Shown: piece after piece, positions 37,401-46,000 of the stretch
How the letters are laid out: every line of letters starts with the position of its first letter
How positions within the stretch are numbered: position 1 is the stretch's first letter
Source of the DNA: Balanoglossus misakiensis
Lineage: Eukaryota; Animalia; Hemichordata
Assembly: GCA_040954595.2 (NCBI GenBank)
Contig: CM082577.2
Coordinates: 18,760,303 to 18,824,302, forward strand
Length of the DNA stretch: 64,000 nucleotides
Reading direction: 5' to 3'
Notes under the pieces: model-generated
Seen by the model: the letters and a program-made list of their open reading frames with translations, nothing else
What the model was told of the DNA's origin: nothing
The model's database searches: none
Position numbers and translations under genes: made by a program

Positions 37401-38751
37401 CGTCTTCCGCCATCTCTACTTGGTAATATCCAGACCGTAGATCAAGCGATGAAAACCACTCGGCGTTACTAAGGTTATCAAGCGTATCCAATACCCGGGG
37501 TAATGCGTAAGCGTCTTTAATGGTTTTGGCGTTGAGACGTCTATAATCAATACACACCCTCAGCTTCCCATCAGGTTTTCTGACACATACAACATTTGAG
37601 GACCACGGGCTGTTTGATTCTCTAATCACACCACTCTGTAGCATATCTTGCAGGTACTGTTGCAATTCTTCGTACATACCCATAGGGATTCGACGGTATT
37701 TATCTTTAAAGGGGGTTTCATCCGTTAACTTTATCGAATGTGTTACCAATGTTGTGTGTCCCAAATCTCTCTCACCTGTAGAGAACACGGTTTGCCATTT
37801 ACCAATGGTAGCCAAGGCTTGGTCTTTCTGGATTTCTGTTAATTCTGTATCTGCCTCTTGTAATCCCAGGTCTTTTATCAGCCAATCGGGTACTTTTGGT
37901 GAGGTGGTCCCATCTGAGTTTGTATCAATATCATCTCCATATGGATCTAAAGGCTGTGAGACATTAGATGCTAAGTTCATGTTACATAGGGTGCTTTTAG
38001 GGGGAACTGTGACAGCACGTGCTCCATAGTTGGTCACCATTACTGGGATTCGACACGAATTACCACGAGGCTCTAACTTCAACACGGCTGGAGTAACAAG
38101 TAAACCACCAGGTAAAAGTCTGTCATTTTCTGGTTCCACCACAACTACTGATTGACAATTTCTTAGGTCCACTCTGCAAAATCCATGGATGACTGTGCGT
38201 TCGTATGGTCCAATGGTTGTGGGTTTAGTAGTGGTAACTGTAAATGTCCTACCTTCGGCCCTTTGCCGGTGGATAGTCGCTTGGTATGCTAGTCTCCATA
38301 CTGAGGATAGGTCTGTACTGTACTGTGTATCTTCATCCAAAAAATGTTGGAGAACATTTGTGCCTATCACAACTGGAACCATCTGATTATATTCCGTGTC
38401 TTCAACAACAAGCAATAATATATCTTTAGACATCTCTTGTCCATGGCTATCTGGGAATTTCACTTCAACTTCAATATAACCAAGGTAAGGAACTTCTGTA
38501 CCACTAGCCCCTTCTACCTTCACCAAGTTGTTCAGGTCATGAATTGGTTTCTGTAGCTTCTCTCTGTTAAAAGTGTCAGCAACAGTAGATACCATGGACC
38601 CGGTGTCTATCAGCGCAATACACGAGGATCCTTCCAACACAATCTCAGTTTCATTGGCGTGGCCTATTAGAGAATCAATAACATTAGAGGGACTGTTACC
38701 GTTCCGACCTAGCGCATGTCCCTCCGGATGCCTGGTCGCTCCCCATTTAAA
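34492..38751 (-). CDS. pol: Gypsy B Pol polyprotein (PR-RT-RNase H-IN), expressed by -1 frameshift
   Basis: Motifs LIDTGS; VCIDYRRLN and YLDD; HTDAS and FTDNNPL; H..GH..CxxC; CIDF, HSDQGRNFE and NGMCERFN. The frame stays open upstream of GTG 38640 as far as the slippery site. Confidence 0.96.
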   Translation of the reverse strand, partial: FKWGATRHPEGHALGRNGNSPSNVIDSLIGHANETEIVLEGSSCIALIDTGSMVSTVADTFNREKLQKPIHDLNNLVKVEGASGTEVPYLGYIEVEVKFPDSHGQEMSKDILLLVVEDTEYNQMVPVVIGTNVLQHFLDEDTQYSTDLSSVWRLAYQATIHRQRAEGRTFTVTTTKPTTIGPYERTVIHGFCRVDLRNCQSVVVVEPENDRLLPGGLLVTPAVLKLEPRGNSCRIPVMVTNYGARAVTVPPKSTLCNMNLASNVSQPLDPYGDDIDTNSDGTTSPKVPDWLIKDLGLQEADTELTEIQKDQALATIGKWQTVFSTGERDLGHTTLVTHSIKLTDETPFKDKYRRIPMGMYEELQQYLQDMLQSGVIRESNSPWSSNVVCVRKPDGKLRVCIDYRRLNAKTIKDAYALPRVLDTLDNLSNAEWFSSLDLRSGYYQVEMAEDDKAKTAFTVGNFGLFEFNRMSMGLTNAPATFQRLMEKCFGELAFRECCVYLDDIIVFSKTFEDHLNRLERVFQRLASHGLKLKATKCVLFQKKVKYLGHVVSADGITTDPDKVAALKEWPIPTTVTELRRFLGFAGYYRRFIQSYSNIAKPLNDLLCGRQSRNKAGKFEKLQWGQQEQQAFDTLRKSLMSSPILAFADYSLPFEIHTDASSTGLGAVLYQRQKGILRVIAYASRGLTKSESNYPAHKLEFLALKWAVTKKFNDYLYGSKFTVFTDNNPLTYVLTSAKLDAVGHRWLSDLSLYDFSIVYRSGKKNIEADALSRIPWNRENPETETNLGADVVQALCRATEGPYVTSFGMVADEDRPAVVQGGDDVFWKTEQSKDSTIRYVTDQLEKDHKPLMRDHTGDIRLLIRDWKRLVLKNGVLYRKCFIDDIQYLQLVLPVHHRKDVLEELHDKLGHFGQDKTLDLVRRRFYWPRMSMDVQKKVEHCLPCIRRKSSTSLPRTPLVNIHTSQPMEMVCIDFLHIPTPDQGYSNILVMTDHFTRYAIAVPTKNQSAKTTAKALFEHLILHYGFPGRLHSDQGRNFESSTIQELCRIANIKKSRTTPYHPQGNGMCERFNKTLLQMLGTMNEDNKTRWASHVNTMVHAYNSTKHESTGYSPFFLMFGREPRLPIDVSGHADQTNLEYGGTVSDYVTKLAERLDYAYKVATERSVKSGERQKKSYDRKVKVAIIQPGDTVLVKNTGPKDNYKLADQWEKDPYTVISQPIEDIPVYVVQKQVKGGRKRTLHRNLLLPIPIIPDELDDDVNTKMTQRDVKQSVPGVINNATQDAVDEEDDGIGKLQFVSTINLPTEHNALNPTAAEFIPSRRESSLMDNPTSMVNPDGPSQVLTSDFSNHILQSTDGWSSSDPDGITPATTNISPDSSSSTQPEPRYPTRQRRPPDRYSPEQWNLKQFAHTTLSSIPFINCHY
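38704..38751 (-). promoter_or_regulatory. -1 frameshift signal of Gypsy B (T TTA AAT plus stem-loop)
   Basis: TTTAAAT at 38751-38745 follows the zinc knuckle, pol is in the -1 frame, and the downstream sequence can pair as CGACC..GCAT...ATGC..GGTCG. Confidence 0.78.
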
Positions 38752-40133
38752 GGACAGTCTGTCTTTTTGTGTCCATGTTCACCACACTTGAAGCAGGTGC
38801 CTGGGAAAACTTGTTTGGGTTGGCGAGTTCCATCGTTGCCACGCCGATCCCGGCCATTTTCATTGTTGACACGTCGGCGAAAAGTAGACTCTGGAGTTGA
38901 TGATGTTGAAGTTCGCTTCTCTAGTTCAGCAACCTTCTCAGCTAAGTTCTTCAGACCTTTGGTAAGTTCCTCCAATTTGGTTATCATCGTCTTGTCAGCA
39001 ACAGTTGCTTGGTGAACCCTGGTAGTGGTCTCCCTATTTACTTCAAGCTTTCTTGCGGCTAGCAACAATCCTGAATAATCTTCTTCCGTATCATATCGGT
39101 GTCTGATTGCATTCTTAATGTGCTCATCTGACAGGCCAGAAAAGAATTTGGTTCGAAGCATGGTTTCTTCTGAATTACTAGAGATGGACTGACCTGATCT
39201 GAGTTCATCCAAAAGTCCTTCGATGCGACAGGCCCATTCTGCTACCTTTTCTGTCTTCGTTTGTCGTGCTGTATAGAATTTTTCCAAAACTGCTTCCGGT
39301 GGCAATACTTTCCCAAAGACCATGTCCATCTTCGCCATCAATCGGGACACTGTGATGTCTTCTCCCATATGTAGTAGGACTTCAGCAGCGGACGCTCGTA
39401 GGGATTTCCGAACAGCCTGCATAATTATGGTCTCCGGAAACACATTCTCCCTCTGTAGTGCTCGAACTTCATATCGCCACATTTCATAAGTGACATCACC
39501 TTTGCCAGAGAAGACGACTATTCTTGGGAATTCCACCGAGTGAAAAGCAGTAGTGGCTGTGGCTGGCTGTGCAGCAGCTGCTTGGGCAGGTGAAGACATA
39601 ATAAATGGTGAAGAATCTGCAACTGAAGTTGGTACTGGAAATGCTGGAAATGGAATCGGCTGTGGCATAGGGGTTGATACGATTGGTTTCAGTGGAGCAG
39701 GTGATATGGCCTGTGCAACCGCTTTCCTATCTGCTTCAGACAGTAAACTCAACATGTTAATAATTTCCTGTACATCTGCTTTGGGTTTGGATGTCTTGGG
39801 ATCACTGGTTTCATTGTAATCTAGGCCAGTACTTTGTTCGGTTTCCTCAATTAAATGCCACAGTTCCAACCCTCGGGCTGTGGTCACACGACTTGCCCGT
39901 AATTTGCTTTCTTCAAAAGTGCTTTTATGTATTACTGGCAGAGCGGCTGTGGCTGATTCTATATTCTCAAATATGACAAAAGCGGAATCTTTATCAGAAA
40001 TATAAATTTGATCAACCTGGGCCAAACCAAGCTGTAACTCGATAAATTCTCTAAAATGTTTCTTTGTACATTCAAAAGGCAAGTGTTGCACATAAATGCT
40101 TCGCTCTTGAATTGATATTTTGGACACAGCCAT
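38709..40133 (-). CDS. gag: Gypsy B Gag: N-terminal RRM-like domain, PNMA-like capsid, coiled coil and CCHC knuckle (474 aa)
   Basis: ATG at 40133 (MAVSK). IYVQHLP and DSAFVIFE resemble RNP2 and RNP1; FSGKGDVTYEMWRYEV...VRKSLRASAAEVL...FYTARQ..EKVAEW is PNMA-like; the knuckle is CFKCGEHGHKKTDC. Confidence 0.92.
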   Translation of the reverse strand: MAVSKISIQERSIYVQHLPFECTKKHFREFIELQLGLAQVDQIYISDKDSAFVIFENIESATAALPVIHKSTFEESKLRASRVTTARGLELWHLIEETEQSTGLDYNETSDPKTSKPKADVQEIINMLSLLSEADRKAVAQAISPAPLKPIVSTPMPQPIPFPAFPVPTSVADSSPFIMSSPAQAAAAQPATATTAFHSVEFPRIVVFSGKGDVTYEMWRYEVRALQRENVFPETIIMQAVRKSLRASAAEVLLHMGEDITVSRLMAKMDMVFGKVLPPEAVLEKFYTARQTKTEKVAEWACRIEGLLDELRSGQSISSNSEETMLRTKFFSGLSDEHIKNAIRHRYDTEEDYSGLLLAARKLEVNRETTTRVHQATVADKTMITKLEELTKGLKNLAEKVAELEKRTSTSSTPESTFRRRVNNENGRDRRGNDGTRQPKQVFPGTCFKCGEHGHKKTDCPLNGERPGIRRDMR

Positions 40134-41199
40134 TTTTTTTCCCCAGAAAATGAAAGGCAATTTGGGAGGATTCTGACGTGTCGTTAAATACGATGCAATG
40201 CAAGCTATTTCACTGGAAAATCTTAACAATAATATCAGTATCTACTGGCATAGCACATACGTTAACAGGGACTGGACTAAGCATAGAATAGTTTACAGAC
40301 ACTGCCAAAGGTTCTATAGAGACTAATGTATGATTTGGATGAATACGACCATTCATGGACAGTCTCAATAATAATGAAACAACTAAATAACTAATACAAT
40401 AATAAACTAACTCAAGTCAATATACAATATTTAACTTATAACTTAATATTTTTTTTTCAACTAGTGCTGAAATTTTTTTTTTTTCCACGTCGTTTGGAAA
40501 ATAATGAACTGAAATTTACAAAGAAAATTATACTTCAGCACTTAACCAAAATATACTGTTGAAAGAAAATAAAGTTTATATATATATATTTTTTCGGTTA
40601 AAGCAGGCTAAAGGCAACAAAACAGGGGTTTATATCCACATGGAGCCCACTTCAACAATTAAATCAAAGTCAAAACTACTTTGACCACATTGCATTATAT
40701 AGACAATATTGAAATTCCTAAGAAAAATTTACAAACATTACGTTACACCAGGTTCTACGGCGAATAACCAGAAAGTTCGTTTGCAATAAAATACCCAGTC
40801 CACAAGTTCAAGTCAGAAGTTATCACAGATGGAAACTATGCGCCACGGACGGAATTTATGCGCACTGTCTATAGTTCGCACGGAATAACACTGTCAAGTT
40901 CTGGACACACAATACCTTGTATACCGCGATGAACACTTCACACTAAACAGTTCCGGCCGGTAACAGTTCAGCGACTTCACCACTTGGCACTCTGCAGAGA
41001 ATTTTCCTCGCCGTTGACGCTTGGACCTGGCTCCCGTCTGTCTGCAGTCCGGGTGGCTCCCCAAGGACGTCCAGCTCAGCGAAAGACACACCTGGTTGGG
41101 CGTTGTCCGTTGTCCAGACACTTCTGACCAGTTAAAACATGGCACTTGTCAGTATCATCCTCTCCGTCCCGAAAAAAGAACTTGCGTAGGAATTGCCAA

Positions 41200-41217
41200 A
41201 TCCTGCCGACTACGCCA
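41200..41217 (-). promoter_or_regulatory. Primer-binding site complementary to tRNA-Ser
   Basis: Minus strand TGGCGTAGTCGGCAGGAT lies 2 nt from the 5' LTR and is complementary to the eukaryotic tRNA-Ser 3' end ATCCTGCCGACTACGCCA. Confidence 0.9.
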
Positions 41218-41219
41218 TT

Positions 41220-41861
41220 TGTCACGGTTGTCGCCGTTCATTCCAACATATTCACACCAAACAGGTTACGGTTAACAAAGACATAGGCCTTACATTTAAT
41301 AACTGAAATGGAACAAATACATGTCAGTTCCAACGTGTGTGGCCGGTCTGGCTACAGAGGTGAACTGCTAAATTACACACATGTATGGGAGTTCACCTCC
41401 AACAGAATACACCAAAATTCATGCAAGTGAAAAATATAGACATACAATTGGAAAATTGACGCAAGTTAAAGACACCAATTACTTGTGCTGAAATGAGTCG
41501 GTAGAATGCACCAAAATACAAAGCTTCAAGCAACAGGTAAGGTACAAGGAAACTAACCTGAAATGGAACAAATACATGTCAGTTCCAACGTGTGTGGCCG
41601 GTCTGGCTACAGAGGTGAACTGACCAATTTTATGCACCATGTCCTTTTATATCAGCAATTACATCATAGTGCCAGATTAGCTTGTGTTCATTGGTCAAAT
41701 GAAACTTCCAGGTGGTTTGCATATAATTAAGATCAACCAATTGAAGGTAAGTACTATTACGTCATATGAATAATTGAATAACTAATTACTATAAGATACA
41801 GGTATAACATACATACAGATATACATGTATACAAATTCAATGGATCAACAAGGCCGTTACA
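41220..41861 (-). repeat. 5' LTR of Gypsy B (TATA-like TATAAAAGG at ~41651-41643)
   Basis: 642 bp, TG...CA ends, adjacent to the primer-binding site. Confidence 0.97.
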
Positions 41862-42570
41862 GGTTTAATTTCCATTTATTGATGATCGCATAGTTATCAA
41901 ATGAAAGCAACTAAAAAGGGCAGTTTTAATACATTTCAAGAGACGAAACATGCATAGAATAACTATGGTATTGGCTTCCATTATACTACGGACGTACTAC
42001 ACCTGGACAGCAGGACGATGCACCCGCGTTCTTTTCAACTCCATAAAAGGTGACAAAGTATTTTTGTAAGAAAAGTGGTTCGAAAAGGTGACAACGAGTG
42101 AGAGACAACAAGGGAGGGTATTGTTAATAGCATTGTCTGTTTCACCATAGACCCTAGGGTCTATGGTTTCACTGAAACCACACCAAGTGTAAGCCTTGAC
42201 AGATGGGAAACATCGGAGATGATCAGAACTGCATGAACTTTTGTCCTCTGTAAAATTCAGTCTCTTGGTCGTAGAAGGGAATCTCTGGTTCAAAATTGTA
42301 GCCTACTACCCGAGAATATGTTGCTATGCTAACGTCGTCGGTCGCGTGAGTGCAGGCGTGTATAAGCATAAGCTCGCTCCAACGCGTCGGCAGCGGACAA
42401 CGGTACCACAAGTTGCTGACGTCACTCACTTCCGGGTTCGCGCAGTTTTTGGCTGGCTGTAGCTCTGTTATGCGTAAGTGAAAGTGAATGAAACCAACGT
42501 TTTTCATAGTATTTTTTTAATCGCATTTCGCAGAATTGGCTCAAAAACGGATCACAACGTTCCACTTTAA

Positions 42571-43080
42571 CCCTTTGAACCCCGCTCAGAGGTTTACCGC
42601 CGCAGGATGACCTTTTGACCCCTAATTTTTCAATATGCTGACGTCAAGGCATTTTCCCGCCGACATTGTAAATCCAGCCATATGAAAGCAAGTTAGGAAG
42701 CTAGGGGACCCTAATGTGACCTTCCAAATGACTTGAAATCGATTCCTATGCGAGCGACTACATAAAAAATAGTGATATCCAAGCAGCGATTTTTAGCGAA
42801 AGTTGACAGAGATTTAAAAATTGCGACCCGACGACAGTTACGCAATGATCCATTGCAAGACGAGGATGCTTTCTGGGCTCATTTTGACCGAGTACTAGTA
42901 GATAGTAGCTCAGAAAGTGAAGATGAAGAACAAGACCAGCCTGACATCGTTACGGACCAAGATGGTGACCCCAACCGCGCGAACGATGAAGAAGAATTTG
43001 AGCCAGAGCCCACGATCCAGCCACCCCCACCAGTTCGGCAACGAGTGAGAAGACTGCCCCGTGCCCGCGAAGTAAACCCA
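42571..43080 (+). mobile_element. piggyBac-like 5' fragment fused to LTR A (end of unit 2)
   Basis: Copy of 19090-19599. Confidence 0.7.
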
Positions 43081-46000
43081 TTACCCAATCAGCACGAATG
43101 TGAAGTTAACGTGATATAGTCCGGCCAATCACAATTCCAGCCTACTTCCTGATAGGCTCAAGCAGCGGTAACTTTGCAAGGTTTTCCATGACATTCCCCC
43201 CAACTAGACTTGGTTACTCTCCGAGACCCAGTCATAGCAATCTAAACTACAATAACAAATGGAACACAGAAATCAATAATTCAAATACTAAGTCAAAAGA
43301 GCACATCACTGTTTCTGTTTTAAAGTCTTTGACTCTTAGTGTTCGAAGGTGCAGTTCAATCTACCTTCTGTCTCAGTAAAATAAGTGTCCTTGTCAAATG
43401 GCACACGTATCCTGGTACCCATTTTGTTTTCTTCATCGTCAACAGGTGCTTGAAGTTTTCGTCCTCAACAGGCGCCTGTGAATCCGTAGAAAAGCGTTGG
43501 CTTCCGGCTTCTTTTAGGGTATCTCTTAGGTGTATCTTCGTCTCTGATCATTTCCGGTTCAACCCCCGGTGGATCATCAGTGGTTACATCCAGGGTTTCT
43601 CCGCCTACTGCTTCATCTGCATCAGTGTCAAAGTAGTGTTCTTGGGTTTCCGGTGGGGAATCCTCTTGACCGCTGGCATACGTCTTTCCATCAGCTGGCA
43701 ATTTGTCAATAGGTTCTTCTGATTTTGGTCCACTTAGGGTCCTGGTGTCTGCTTTCTGGGTCTCTTCAAAGGGATCTTCAGGTCTGTTTTCTTGCACCCT
43801 CTCATCTAAGGGGGCAAGCTTCACTTTGTCTAGCCAGCCAGGTAGGCCAGGACCTGTGTATCCCTTCAGCTTCTCAAAGTGAACCACTTTAAACTTTGTC
43901 CGGGGCCCACGCTGGATCCGGTATACAACTTCAGTCAGTCTGTTCACCACCATATACGGTCCCTCATACGCCATCTGTAGTTTCGGGCTTTGACCCTTCT
44001 TCCTCCTTTCGTCTCTTAGCCAAACAAATTCACCAGGCTGGAAAGACTTATGAAGGGCATTACAATCGTAATATCTCTTATAGGTCCTAGTACTTGCCTT
44101 CAACTGCTCTCTTGCCCGGTAATGGGCATTTCGCAACTTATCGCGCAGTTTAGCCACATAGTCACCCCCAGATTCCTCCTCAAATTCAATCTCAAATATC
44201 AGATCGATGGGCAGTGTCACCTCCCTACCCAGCATCATCATATTCGGAGTTTCACCTGTGGCTGGGTGTACCGAAGAGCGGTCGCCATTGTAGCGCAAGA
44301 CAGATGTTGGTCCCAGTCTTTTTGGTATTTCAGGGGGTCCATATAAGACTTTATCGTAGACACAAGACAATGGTTAAATTTTTAAACCATCCCGTCTCCC
44401 TGTGGGTGTCAAGGCGTGGTGTATGTTTTGTCCACCCCTAGCAATTTGCAGACCTCCACGAATACTGACGAGATGAAATTTCGGCCTCTATCTGAATGTA
44501 CCTCGTGAGGCATACCAAACCTACTGAAAAAATCGTCGACCAGTACCTTTGCCACTGTGGTTGCCATTGGAATAGGGAATGCCTCCATCCATTTGCTAAA
44601 ATAGTCTCCGACAACCAATACCTTCAGGTAGCCATTGTAACTCTCCACAAATGGTCCCAGAACATCAATGGCCACCCTCTCCATGGGACACCCCACCACA
44701 TACAATTGTAAGGGAGCCTTGTGCCTTTTACCAGGCACCCGCTTGCGTGAAACACACCTCACATGAACGCACCCACGATCTGACATCTACAGACATGCCA
44801 TGCCAGTAATACCTCTGCCTCATCTTGTCAAGTGTTTTTGTCATCCCTAAGTGACCACCTGCGTTTGCATCATGCAACCCTCCAATCACCACATTACAGC
44901 CGACTCCCATCTCCTGTACAGCACGCCCCTGTAGACTATCAATTGTTCATACATAGCCCAGTATGCCTTCGTGGCTGCCGAACACGGAGAGATCTCATTC
45001 CAGTCTAGTCGACTTTCCCTCCCCTCCCTAGCCTTCAAGACAACTGAAATATCAGGATCACTAAGTTGACAATCTCTAAGCTTTTCACTGGACCAAACGA
45101 CTTCCCTGGCAACAACCTCTGCCTTTGTTGCCAAGGCATTCTCCCCAATGCCCTCCGCGGTTGGCCAGTCCTGTTCATCACAGCTGCCAGGATCAAAATT
45201 TTCCCAATCACCTGGACAGCTGTCCTTGTTGTCATAGCCGTATCAAACAATCTGCAACCCTCTACTTTGGCATTTTTGTCCTGAGAATTGTCATCTAGTC
45301 TATCGGTCCCTCCACACTCTGGCAGTTCACGGTACAACTGTTCGGACCGTACAACACTATTTTGTCTCATCGATGGAGATTTGCATTCAAACTCTGGTGC
45401 AAGTGGATTCAACGCACCTGTACCATTAGTGGTGGTTGGTTCGTGTGCCATACCACACTGTTTGCACTCCAGACTGGTTTCCGAGATAGCGCATCAGCAT
45501 TTCCATGGCGTACACCGGGACGATGGATACAGGTATAGTCAAAGCGACCGAGCGTCTCTAACCACCTAGCCAAATGCCCCTCTGGGTTCTTGAAATTAAG
45601 CAACCACACTAATGCAGCATGGTCAGTCCTCAGTGTGAATTTCTGGCCCAGTAAGTAGTGTTTGAAGTATTTTGTATACTCGATTACAGCCAACAGTTCA
45701 CGACGCATTACACAGTACTTCCTTTCAGCACCCGATAGCACTCGGCCCGCATAACTAACAGGTCTCTCTTGGCCACCCTGTACTTGGCTCAACACTGCCC
45801 CTATGCCAATACCGCTAGCATCTGTATCCAGTATGAACTCACCCTTTTCCATCGGAAAAGCCAAAACTGGTGCTGATGTTAGTCTTGCCTTGAGCTGATC
45901 AAATGCGTTTTGACAATTCTCTGTCCAAGCAAATACAGAATCTTTCTTTGTTAAGTCATGAAGAGGACGGGCCAATTCAGCAAACCGCTGTACAAAGCGT

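Larger units (their letters stand above)
33791..41861 (-). mobile_element. Full-length, apparently intact Ty3/Gypsy LTR retrotransposon family B (8,071 bp)
   Basis: 642-bp TG...CA LTRs and a GGTT target-site duplication (33787-33790, 41862-41865), confirmed by empty sites at ~18381 and ~57256. Primer-binding site, polypurine-tract-like sequence and uninterrupted gag and pol are present. Confidence 0.98.
33307..42566. mobile_element. Kolobok-like element of unit 2, split by the Gypsy B insertion
   Basis: Same termini as 17901-19085; the halves are 33307-33790 and 41862-42566. Confidence 0.72.

Noticed and set aside
41200-41217. tRNA-Ser gene
   Set aside because: Only the 3' 18-19 nt including CCA match and there is no cloverleaf, so it is a primer-binding site.
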